A DNA stretch of 64,000 nucleotides from Candidatus Aphodosoma sp. (GTDB taxonomy: Bacteria; Bacteroidota; Bacteroidia; Bacteroidales; Paludibacteraceae), in assembly GCA_045629685.1 (NCBI GenBank), contig JAZQRP010000193.1, forward strand, positions 28-64,027, read 5' to 3'. Numbering within the stretch: the stretch's first letter is position 1; each line of letters begins with the position of its first letter. This document shows, one piece after another, positions 1-8,215 of this stretch. The position numbers and the translations under genes are program-made. Under the pieces are notes generated by a model. That model made no database searches. It saw only the letters and a list, made by a program, of their open reading frames with translations, and was not told the origin of the DNA.

Positions 1-978
1 GGTATGCACGATATCTATGAGCCACTCGATCCTCCTTGCCGCGAAGCAATTCCAGTATATAAACCATCTGACCGTTGTGGACAACCATACGTACAAGTTG
101 ACCCAGCTAAAATCATTGCTGTAGTCAACACTAATCGTCCTAACGAAGTAGGAGGCTTCTCTCCAGTTGATGAAGTAACTGCTAAAATCGGTGAAAACGT
201 AGCAAACTTCCTCGCTGCAGAAATCAAAGCTGGTCGCATCCCAGCATCATTCCTCCCTATCCAATCAGGTGTAGGTAATATCGCTAACGCAGTGCTCGGT
301 TCTCTTGGTGCTAACCCTGATATTCCACCATTCGAAATGTATACAGAGGTAATCCAAGATGCAGTTATTGGTTTGATGAAAGAAGGTAACTGTAAATTTG
401 CTTCAGGTTGCTCGTTAACAGTTTCTAACCCAGTGCTCGACGAAATTTATAACGACCTCGAGTTCTTCAAAGACAAACTCGTTCTTCGTCCACAAGAAAT
501 CTCTAACAATCCAGAGGTTGCTCGTCGTCTTGGTCTTATCACTATCAACACTGCTCTTGAGGCTGACATCTTCGGTAACGTAAACTCAACTCACGTTACA
601 GGTACTAAGATGATGAATGGTATCGGTGGTTCTTGCGACTTTACTCGCAACGCTTATATCTCAATCTTCACTACACCTTCAACTGCTAAAGATGGTAAGA
701 TTTCGGCTATTGTGCCTTACGTATCTCACATCGACCAATCAGAGCACTCAGTGAAAATCCTTATCACTGAACATGGTGTGGCTGACCTTCGTGGCAAATC
801 GCCAATCCAACGTGCACACTGCATCATCGACAATTGTGTTGACCCAGAATATCGCGAAATGCTCCGCGACTATCTTGCAAAAGCACCATTGGCACATACA
901 CCACTTAACCTCGACAACTGCTTTGCAATGCATAAAGCACTCATCGAAACTGGTGATATGAAAAATGCTAAATTCTAA
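1..978 (+). CDS. acetyl-CoA hydrolase/transferase family CoA-transferase (succinate/propionate CoA-transferase-like), C-terminal ~325 aa; 5' end outside window
   Basis: Frame is open from base 1. Family-typical blocks NGIGGSCDFTRNAY and ITEHGVADLRGKSP. Stop at 976-978 is followed by a hairpin terminator. Confidence 0.8.
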   Translation, partial: GMHDIYEPLDPPCREAIPVYKPSDRCGQPYVQVDPAKIIAVVNTNRPNEVGGFSPVDEVTAKIGENVANFLAAEIKAGRIPASFLPIQSGVGNIANAVLGSLGANPDIPPFEMYTEVIQDAVIGLMKEGNCKFASGCSLTVSNPVLDEIYNDLEFFKDKLVLRPQEISNNPEVARRLGLITINTALEADIFGNVNSTHVTGTKMMNGIGGSCDFTRNAYISIFTTPSTAKDGKISAIVPYVSHIDQSEHSVKILITEHGVADLRGKSPIQRAHCIIDNCVDPEYREMLRDYLAKAPLAHTPLNLDNCFAMHKALIETGDMKNAKF

Positions 979-1000
979 TAACGATTAGATATCTTAATGA

Positions 1001-1041
1001 AAAAATCTCCATTTGGTTGATGCCGAATGGAGATTTTTTTT
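1001..1041 (+). terminator. rho-independent terminator
   Basis: 9-bp stem atctccatt (1005-1013) / aatggagat (1026-1034) followed by a T-run. Confidence 0.7.
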
Positions 1042-1077
1042 ATGATTATGCTGATAAAAAGTTCTAAAAATTTGCTT

Positions 1078-1141
1078 ATGCGACAAAAAAGTTGTAATTT
1101 TGTCGCATAATTTGCGACGTTATTTGTTTTATAATGTCGCA
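1078..1141. promoter_or_regulatory. candidate operator: four TGCGAC/GTCGCA half-sites in two inverted repeats
   Basis: Perfect 11-bp inverted repeat atgcgacaaaa (1078-1088) / ttttgtcgcat (1098-1108), then tgcgac (1113-1118) and gtcgca (1136-1141). The last site ends 29 nt before the Fic ATG. Confidence 0.35.
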
Positions 1142-1169
1142 TGACGTAATAATAGAAAGGAATACGGCT

Positions 1170-2456
1170 ATGTATATTCATGAATATGATAATTGGACTA
1201 ACTTTGTTTGGGATAGTGATCAAGTAAATCTTTTGCTTGATAAGGTGTCTCGTGAACAAGGGCGATTGTATGGACGTTTGAGTGTATTGGGTTTTGAAGA
1301 TCAGTTGCAAGCTATGGCGGAGAATTTGACCCGTGATGTTGTTTTTTCATCAGAAATAGAGGGCGTACGATTGAATGTGGAGGAGGTTCGATCTTCTATT
1401 GCACGACGTTTAGGTATTGAAGGCTATTTTTCTGCTTCGTCGAGGTATATAGATGCAGTAGTAGAGGTTATATTTGACGCAATAAAAAACTACGATAAAT
1501 TACTTACTAAGGAGAGGTTGTGTGGATGGCAATCTGTATTTTTTCCAATGGGGTTAAGTAATGGTATTTCTATTGAGATTGGACAATATAGAACTCACGA
1601 AGAGCATATTGTGTCGGGTTATTTAGGTCGTGAACGAGTTCATTATATAGCTCCTTCGCCAGATAGGATTGAGTTTGAGATGAATAGATTTTTAGATTGG
1701 TTTAATTCAAATCAGTCATTATCTCCTATAATTCGTTCTGCTATTGCACATTTTTGGTTTGTTTCAATTCACCCATTCGAAGATGGTAATGGTCGTTTGG
1801 CTCGTATTTTAGGAGATATTTTTCTTGCTCGAGCCGATAATAGTTCGTTTCGTTTTTATAATATTACATCAGAAATTAATCGTGATAAAAAACATTACTA
1901 TGAAGTGCTTGAACGAGTTCAACGAGGCTCGGGCGATATAACCGAATGGCTTGTTTGGTATTTAACAACACTTTATGCAGCCATTTTAGAGGCAGAGGTA
2001 AGTGTAAAAAGAATACTTAACAAAAGTATATTTTGGATGAATTATTCGGCACAATCATTGAATCAACGGCAGATATCTACGCTCAATTTGTTTTTAGATG
2101 GGTATGAAGGAAAAATAACATCTAAAATGTGGGCATCGTTGAATAAGTGTTCAAAAGATACGGCTATTAGAGATATACAAGATTTGGTGAATAAAAATAT
2201 ATTGCTTGTTGATATTTTAGGCGCTAAGCGTCCAAGTTATTCTATAAACTACAATTCAAAGGAAGTTGATATAACAAAATTGTTTACTGAAGTTCATGTG
2301 GAGAGAGGGGAAGAAGAGAGTTTTCTTACGGCAAAATATCGTGAAACAATCGTTTTGCGTGAACGTATATTACAATTAGATGCCGAACGCTATTTAAAAG
2401 GTGATTTGCCTTTGAATCATCTATTGAGTAAGTATTGTTCATATTTAATACCTTAA
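1170..2456 (+). CDS. Fic family protein (AMPylase-type Fic core, DUF4172-like N-terminus)
   Basis: Canonical Fic motif HPFEDGNGRLAR. Upstream SSEIEG matches the (S/T)xxxE(G/N) inhibitory-helix motif. The N-terminus MYIHEYDNWTNFVWD is typical of this subfamily, so ATG 1170 is preferred over the track start 1134. Confidence 0.9.
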   Translation: MYIHEYDNWTNFVWDSDQVNLLLDKVSREQGRLYGRLSVLGFEDQLQAMAENLTRDVVFSSEIEGVRLNVEEVRSSIARRLGIEGYFSASSRYIDAVVEVIFDAIKNYDKLLTKERLCGWQSVFFPMGLSNGISIEIGQYRTHEEHIVSGYLGRERVHYIAPSPDRIEFEMNRFLDWFNSNQSLSPIIRSAIAHFWFVSIHPFEDGNGRLARILGDIFLARADNSSFRFYNITSEINRDKKHYYEVLERVQRGSGDITEWLVWYLTTLYAAILEAEVSVKRILNKSIFWMNYSAQSLNQRQISTLNLFLDGYEGKITSKMWASLNKCSKDTAIRDIQDLVNKNILLVDILGAKRPSYSINYNSKEVDITKLFTEVHVERGEEESFLTAKYRETIVLRERILQLDAERYLKGDLPLNHLLSKYCSYLIP

Positions 2457-2464
2457 AATGCAAA

Positions 2465-2501
2465 AATCTTCATTTTGCGATTGCAGGATGAAGATTTTTT
2501 T
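2465..2501 (+). terminator. rho-independent terminator
   Basis: 9-bp stem aatcttcat (2465-2473) / atgaagatt (2488-2496) plus a T-run. Confidence 0.7.
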
Positions 2502-2502
2502 A

Positions 2503-2510
2503 TATCTTTG
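2503..2510 (+). promoter_or_regulatory. Bacteroidota -7 box (TAnnTTTG)
   Basis: tatctttg lies 44 nt upstream of ATG 2554. Confidence 0.4.
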
Positions 2511-2553
2511 CGGTGTGTAAAATTTAAAATGCAACTTTAAATTTGTCAAAGTT

Positions 2554-2718
2554 ATGGATAACATTTTAATCGACAGGCAATTATTGTTATCAATTAAAAA
2601 TATTTTTCAATATTTTTCTGTACTTATGCTCACTGGACCACGTCAATCGGGTAAAACTACACTTTGTAGAAAGCTTCGCGTTGTCGTTTTATCAGAAGGG
2701 CAATGCGAGAGCCTCTAA
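2554..2718 (+). pseudogene. 54-codon N-terminal stub of an AAA+ ATPase (family that normally carries a C-terminal DUF4143-type domain)
   Basis: Translation is MDNILIDRQLLLSIKNIFQYFSVLMLTGPRQSGKTTLCRKL followed by unrelated residues and a stop. The P-loop GPRQSGKT is present, but the remaining ~350 aa expected for this family are absent. Confidence 0.6.
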
Positions 2719-2754
2719 ACGTGGAACGACAACAGTCGGAATCCACGTTTTTTT
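2719..2754 (+). terminator. hairpin plus T-run after the ATPase stub
   Basis: Stem acgtgga (2719-2725) / tccacgt (2742-2748) followed by T7. Confidence 0.5.
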
Positions 2755-2923
2755 GTGCTGTTTTGTGATGGTTTTGAGGTTGTTTTTGAGGTGGATTTTG
2801 TCGCTTTTTTTAGGAAAATTGGGCGAATTCGTGTGGTTATAAGTGGGACTATTGAATGGTAATGTATTGATTTACAATGGCATGATATTTTGACGAGGGA
2901 TGAGTTTGTAAATAAATAGGGGG

Positions 2924-3066
2924 TTGCAAAGTTGCAAAGTTGGGTTAAGGTGTTGATTGTTAGTTGTTTTTGCTGTTTTTGTGGTTGCAAAGTTAAAAAT
3001 AGAGTTTATTTAACAATTAGAAAATCAGAATATTAGTAACTTTGTAACTTTGCAATTGCAAAGTTA
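2924..3066. repeat. cluster of TTGCAAAGTT / AACTTTGCAA motifs including a 22-bp perfect palindrome
   Basis: ttgcaaag is doubled at 2924-2939 and occurs again near 2986-2995. taactttg is doubled at 3037-3052. Palindrome taactttgcaattgcaaagtta spans 3045-3066. The motif contains the -7 box consensus in both orientations. Confidence 0.5.
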
Positions 3067-3451
3067 GGTGTATTTTTATTGTTTGAGGTAAAAAATGTAG
3101 TCAAAAAGTTTGTGAATTTTGCAAATTGGGGGTGTGAAAGTGGCGGTTTTCTATGGTGAAGGTTGCTTGCACTTTGCTGTTGGGTAGGGAGCGGTTTTTT
3201 ATTAGTGCATTTTAATAAGTTGTTTATTATGATTAACTTTAATGTGAGTTTGATATAACTTTTATCTCGCACGAAACGCACGAATGATACGGAATTATTT
3301 TTTCGCTACGCTCAAGAAATTGTCTGCGTTCGGCATAGTCTAAGTAAGCTTGACTTTGCTCTCGCTTATTCCAATTTTCCCACAGATAACACAGATTTCT
3401 CGGATATTTTTCTTCCTTTACTATTCGATTTTTATCAAGATTTTGTTTGTA

Positions 3452-5551
3452 TTATATTGGATAATATTCCTTCATATCATTCAAATACAAACTGCCATAC
3501 CAATCTGAATTATATACCATGACATGCGAACCATTTGTTTTATCAAAAGCATGTAGGTACAAATCTCGGATGACCGACTGAGGATTCTGCTCTAGGTGCG
3601 ACAAAATAGACGCTGTAAAAGTATTTGAAAGATCCACACCAATCTCATCGTCGAACGCATACGCCTTTGATGGCTCATAAGGATTAGCAGCTGTCATCAT
3701 CAACAAACCAGGAATGCCTGTGCAGCCTTCGCCAACAACACCAGAATAGCAAGTCTCAATGATAGCAAACTGCTTACGGAATTTCATCGCTGAGAACATC
3801 TCACGAGCAAACTCTGGAGTCAAATCCTCACTCTCCTTCCACGACCAACCCCTCTTCGTGCCATGTCCGCTCCAGAAAAATAGTACATTGTCATTCTCAT
3901 TGCTGCCTAATGTCACTGGATATGCCTCTGATGGTTCGCTGGTCAAAATTTGTTTCAAATCCTCAAGTGTCAAATCACCCAACTTGTAGTCAATCTGTAC
4001 ATTTTCATACAAGTTCTCGCCTGATATTTCCCTACGGACTACTCCTGGCAACGGATTCTGTTCATTGTAGGCTATATCATCTGCCATAATCAGAATGATA
4101 TGGTCATCATCATATCCCTTTCCTTTCAGATACTGATAGAATCCCAGCACATCTGCCTGATGACGATAATTATACCATCCCTCAGATCCTGCCACCAATA
4201 CCGCATAATTATCATTCAACTCAGGATAGTTGATTTCATTACTGCTTTCTCCGAAATCCTGAATATGCTCCTTCTTCCACTCCCAAGCTGCCACAGGTGA
4301 AGAGGAATGTCCTTCACCGTTTCTACTATAATAGTCTATGATAACCATTTCGCCATTATACGTAATCCAACGAGCATACGATGTCGAACGAATTGTAGTA
4401 TAGTATTCCGAATTAAAGTCCAACGTACCCGTCGCACCGCTTATTGCTGGAGTCTCGCCAGCCATAATCGCATGATAATAATTAGAAATCATACCGGCTG
4501 TCCATCCTCCCTGAGAATCAGCTTTTCCATTCAGTAATGCCGACACAGCCTTGTTCAAATCCTCTTCTTCATTCTTCTCAGCCCAAATTGTAGCAAGAGT
4601 AGTGATGAGTACAGCATCATACACTTCGGCTTCGCCCGCAAACGGTACTCTATCGTATAAAGCGTCGTACGATACGCTAAAGCCGGAATTCGGGTGGCTG
4701 GCAGGAGCAAGGCCGGAAATATAGTCAACTGGGTATTCGCCCTCAAGAATGGTCTTGTTGTACGCCCTGTCTGTAAACATCAAGGCAATACCTCGTCCAT
4801 CTTCTGACTCATACATAAAGCGGTCGATATAATCCTGTACTGGAATAACATCATCAGCTGTAACCGGCGCACATACGATAGCATCAGCTCCGCTGTCAAT
4901 GATTCTATCAAGGCAGCTTTCAAGTTCGCTGGACTTGCTATAAGTCTCAATGCTGACAGGCTCCAGATTCAGCTCCACTGCCTGGAATGCAAACCAGTCA
5001 ACAAAGGTCTGTCCATACATATCGTCAGCCGCAAGCAGAGCAACCTTCTTAAATTCCGGGTGCTCATTCGAAATACAAGAAAGAATAATTTCACTCTGCG
5101 ACACATCCGTTTCGCACAAGCCCCATAGGAATCCACGGTGTCCGAAAACTCGAGGCAACTCTTGTGAGGTCGAGAATGTAAACAGAGGTTTGATGTTCTT
5201 CTTCTTTTTCGCAAGAGCAAGGGCCAATTTCTTGGTGTTTGCAGAAACGCTGCATCCGATGACCCCTTTGATATCTTCACGATTTGAAAGCGATACGCTG
5301 ACCTCGGTGAGATTGACCGATTCCTCATCATACCACTCATATACGACCTTTACGCCAATATATGCTTTGCGGATATTTTCTGCTGCCCATTCTAAAGAGT
5401 TATTCCAAATGGCTTTACGGTCCTTTTCGGGAAGAACTACAGCGATTCTCACTTCCTTCAACTCTGTCGGATTTTCTGGCAATCTTTCACACGACAAAAG
5501 CGTACATATAAATAGCGATACAACAAAAATATTATTGATAAGATTCTTCAT
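3452..5551 (-). CDS. lipoprotein: type-1 periplasmic-binding-protein fold fused to a legumain-like C13 cysteine peptidase
   Basis: Signal peptide with lipobox LLSC. N-terminal ~400 aa resemble Leu/Ile/Val-binding / ANF-receptor type SBPs (RIAVVLP..., GVIGCSVSA...). The C-terminal ~250 aa carry YAVLVAGSEGWYNYRHQADV, His in FFWSGHG and Cys in IIETCYSG, as in legumain. The track start 5563 is TTG, so ATG 5551 is preferred. Confidence 0.8.
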   Translation of the reverse strand: MKNLINNIFVVSLFICTLLSCERLPENPTELKEVRIAVVLPEKDRKAIWNNSLEWAAENIRKAYIGVKVVYEWYDEESVNLTEVSVSLSNREDIKGVIGCSVSANTKKLALALAKKKKNIKPLFTFSTSQELPRVFGHRGFLWGLCETDVSQSEIILSCISNEHPEFKKVALLAADDMYGQTFVDWFAFQAVELNLEPVSIETYSKSSELESCLDRIIDSGADAIVCAPVTADDVIPVQDYIDRFMYESEDGRGIALMFTDRAYNKTILEGEYPVDYISGLAPASHPNSGFSVSYDALYDRVPFAGEAEVYDAVLITTLATIWAEKNEEEDLNKAVSALLNGKADSQGGWTAGMISNYYHAIMAGETPAISGATGTLDFNSEYYTTIRSTSYARWITYNGEMVIIDYYSRNGEGHSSSPVAAWEWKKEHIQDFGESSNEINYPELNDNYAVLVAGSEGWYNYRHQADVLGFYQYLKGKGYDDDHIILIMADDIAYNEQNPLPGVVRREISGENLYENVQIDYKLGDLTLEDLKQILTSEPSEAYPVTLGSNENDNVLFFWSGHGTKRGWSWKESEDLTPEFAREMFSAMKFRKQFAIIETCYSGVVGEGCTGIPGLLMMTAANPYEPSKAYAFDDEIGVDLSNTFTASILSHLEQNPQSVIRDLYLHAFDKTNGSHVMVYNSDWYGSLYLNDMKEYYPI

Positions 5552-6554
5552 AACTCTGCTCAATTTCTATAATACGGTTTCTGATATCAGAAATGTCCAG
5601 GAAGAAATCCGCTGACATTCCTTCCGAAAAGACCATTTCCTCGTATCCTGATGGATATGTAAACTTCTGATGATATGGAATCTTCTTCTTCTTCAACAAA
5701 TCTCCAAGCACATCGACAACGGCTTTGTCCATATGCTTGACTACCGACATGGTTATCATAGATGAGAAGAAACCCATATCGTCATCCATTCCTACAGCCA
5801 AGTTGTAGCTTTCACGCGAAAAGCGGTACATTCCTTTGTTGGATGCTCCAGCAGCAGAAAAATAGTACATATACTCTCCGTCACTCTCCAGACAGAATCG
5901 ATATGCTTCGTCCTGCATTCGATATCCACCATCTGGCTCCTCGCTGAGATAATGTATATCGCATCCAGTGCCACCTGCTGCCAAATATCCGTCCCTATAT
6001 CCGTCAACGGCACGCTTCACCTGTTTGTCGTGAGGATTGGCAGCAATTATCAATGCCTTTTGCTCTTCGCCATTGTTATCAAGCACGCAGGTTGCTCCTG
6101 CAAGATAGCTGGCGGCATAACAGCCTACAAAGAAGGTATATATACCGTCATACTCTCGCTCGGTCTCAAACATTAGCACATCCTTTCGGTGGTCTTCGGG
6201 AAGGACAATATCCTCCAACAAATACTCGTACTCGCTACCCGAAAACACAAACAGCGAGCGATTACATAAAACATCCAACGTATCACTGAGCCAATTTTCA
6301 TAAATCTGGACGCCTTGCTCCTTTTTTTCGGGAATATGTATAGCCAATGTAAAACCGTATTTCACAGCAGCTTGCTGAAATCCTCGCAGAATCTTGTCGT
6401 TATAGCCTTGGTCGCCGACACCTCCGGGTGAAAGGACCACTTCCACTCGGTAATTATGAATAAAACCAATTTCCTCCTTCCTACACCCTGTAAAAAGGAG
6501 GAGGAAGAAGGAAATAATAGTAAACGTATATGTAAATCTACGCTTAAATGTCAT
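5532..6554 (-). CDS. BMP/PnrA-like (basic membrane protein family) lipoprotein
   Basis: Lipobox LFTGC. GGVGDQGYND resembles the BMP-family GGxxDxSFN block. Length is ~340 aa. It overlaps the downstream gene by 20 nt. Confidence 0.6.
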   Translation of the reverse strand: MTFKRRFTYTFTIISFFLLLFTGCRKEEIGFIHNYRVEVVLSPGGVGDQGYNDKILRGFQQAAVKYGFTLAIHIPEKKEQGVQIYENWLSDTLDVLCNRSLFVFSGSEYEYLLEDIVLPEDHRKDVLMFETEREYDGIYTFFVGCYAASYLAGATCVLDNNGEEQKALIIAANPHDKQVKRAVDGYRDGYLAAGGTGCDIHYLSEEPDGGYRMQDEAYRFCLESDGEYMYYFSAAGASNKGMYRFSRESYNLAVGMDDDMGFFSSMITMSVVKHMDKAVVDVLGDLLKKKKIPYHQKFTYPSGYEEMVFSEGMSADFFLDISDIRNRIIEIEQSYEESYQ

Positions 6555-6557
6555 GAA

Positions 6558-7616
6558 TTAGTCAACTGCAGGGATGGTTTCGATGTACATATAGCGGTAC
6601 ATGTAGTAAGTAGTAGTAACTGCACCAGCGAGTTTGCCTTTAGGCTCATCAAAATCTAGGCATGCAACACCTTCAGCTGGCCAAAGATAAGGCATAATCT
6701 GTTGTAATAGGAACTCTGAGCAACCTGTAGCATTTTCACCATCCTGAGGACTCCACATATATCCCTTTGCATCCATCTCTTTCAACATGTTGTTCCAGAA
6801 GGTCTGGTTGTTGTTATAGAACTCAAGCACCTTCTCTCCTTGTGGTACAGTAGGGAGATATTTGAAAGCATCACCTGTGTAGTAAGCACATCTTGGATGG
6901 TAGAGTATATCACCATCATCATTAGAGTCAGGGGAAATCCATACCAAGATACCCTCCTTGCCGTCTGTATTGCCCTGTATGCAATAGAAAGGAAGCTTTT
7001 TCAATTCAGGGGCGAAAGTAAGGCTAGTCCAAAAGCTCTTATCTTCCCATTTCAATTCGTAAGTCTCGATTTCATAAATCTTGCCTGCCTCGACTTTTTC
7101 GAAAGCCGCATTCTCTGGCCAAAGCTTCGAGTCAATAAAATTAAACTCGCTAATTTCCTTAAGGTTGGTACCTTCTGCTACAGTCATACGTGCAATCACA
7201 CGACCGCCATCCTCTACAGCACGGAATGATACGCTACCCTGAGCTTTACCTTCGTAATCTGTGAGATTGTAGTCGTAACCTCCATCAACCTTTGTAGCCT
7301 CTTTTCCTGGTGCTACCCAACTGAGGAAAATCTTTTCAGCTGCGGCATAGCTAACAGCAGGTGCCGAGATAACATCAGGCTGAGACTCATCGAGAGGCTC
7401 ACCGTAGACTCTTCTGACAACTTCACCATTATTGTCAACCACCACGATGCTACCCTGTAACCAATTTAATGCATCGTATGCTGTAATCTCAGTCTGGTCA
7501 GCATCAGAGTTAGGGTCATGCTTGTCAGCCTCTTTCTGAGGGTCTTTCTCACAAGATGTCAACGGCATCGCTGCGACTGCCATCAACATGAACAAATAAA
7601 ACAAATTCTTTTTCAT
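6558..7616 (-). CDS. hypothetical lipoprotein, first gene of the three-lipoprotein operon
   Basis: Signal peptide MKKNLFYLFMLMAVAAMPLTSC with a lipobox. I recognise no domain. A 3-nt gap separates it from the next gene. Confidence 0.7.
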   Translation of the reverse strand: MKKNLFYLFMLMAVAAMPLTSCEKDPQKEADKHDPNSDADQTEITAYDALNWLQGSIVVVDNNGEVVRRVYGEPLDESQPDVISAPAVSYAAAEKIFLSWVAPGKEATKVDGGYDYNLTDYEGKAQGSVSFRAVEDGGRVIARMTVAEGTNLKEISEFNFIDSKLWPENAAFEKVEAGKIYEIETYELKWEDKSFWTSLTFAPELKKLPFYCIQGNTDGKEGILVWISPDSNDDGDILYHPRCAYYTGDAFKYLPTVPQGEKVLEFYNNNQTFWNNMLKEMDAKGYMWSPQDGENATGCSEFLLQQIMPYLWPAEGVACLDFDEPKGKLAGAVTTTYYMYRYMYIETIPAVD

Positions 7617-7671
7617 AATTTTTTTACTTTTTGTTTAAATTTATTGTTTGATAATTTGATAATATATACAG

Positions 7672-7717
7672 AAAAAGGCATTACATACAAGGCTACGGAG
7701 TTGCCATGTGTAATGCC
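7672..7717 (-). terminator. terminator-like hairpin inside the 5' leader of the lipoprotein operon (possible attenuator)
   Basis: On the minus strand, ggcattaca / tgtaatgcc form a 9-bp stem with a 23-nt loop containing an inner ggc/gcc pair, followed by U5. It lies 55-100 nt upstream of ATG 7616. Confidence 0.35.
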
Positions 7718-7770
7718 AATACTAATTTATAGACCGCGTTTCGCGGTTAACTAATTGATTGTTAGAATAT

Positions 7771-7821
7771 TTATAGGGGGGGGGGTAAGTGTTGCGAACA
7801 ATGACTCCGATGCATTTGCAT
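7771..7821 (-). promoter_or_regulatory. candidate 16-codon upstream ORF (MQMHRSHCSQHLPPPL) containing the homopolymer tract
   Basis: Minus strand reads atg caa atg cat cgg agt cat tgt tcg caa cac tta ccc ccc ccc cta taa. It sits between the -7 box at 7891-7898 and the leader hairpins. Confidence 0.25.
7776..7785. repeat. G10 (C10 on the transcribed strand) homopolymer tract
   Basis: Ten consecutive G counted across 7776-7785. Confidence 0.95.
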
Positions 7822-7890
7822 AGGAGATAGAACTATTGCTGTATGTATTAAAAAGATGATTCATTACTAAATTAGGTATTTTTCAGTTTG

Positions 7891-7898
7891 CAAAGTTA
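7891..7898 (-). promoter_or_regulatory. -7 box (TAACTTTG on minus strand) for the lipoprotein operon
   Basis: caaagtta on the plus strand. This implies a ~270-nt leader. Confidence 0.45.
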
Positions 7899-8126
7899 CT
7901 AATTTTTTTGCAAATAGCATGCTCTTTTTTTTTGTTTTTTGTTTTATATGAATTTAAATGGTTGATTGTTCAACTATTAAATGAGGTATTGTAGATAGAA
8001 TAATTTTATTTTGAAGGTTGATGTTGTTTTTGGGTGTGGACAAGCCATTTGTTTACGGAGACTTGAGCTATAGAGAGATAAATTTTTTTTCTTGTGATAA
8101 AATTTGGTCATTACAAATATATTGTG

Positions 8127-8134
8127 TAACTTTG
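8127..8134 (+). promoter_or_regulatory. -7 box (TAACTTTG)
   Basis: taactttg lies 82 nt upstream of ATG 8216. Confidence 0.45.
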
Positions 8135-8215
8135 CAATCGGATAAAGTTTACTATATGGTGGTCCACTAATGAGTGAACTTTGTAATATGATGAATTTCA
8201 AGATTTTTAATTGTT

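Noticed and set aside
2715-3281. Minus-strand ORFs 2715-2990 and 3033-3281 in the gene-free region
   Set aside because: They are composed of Q/K/T/N/F-rich low-complexity sequence, span the TTGCAAAGTT repeats and have no credible start context. I treat the region as non-coding.
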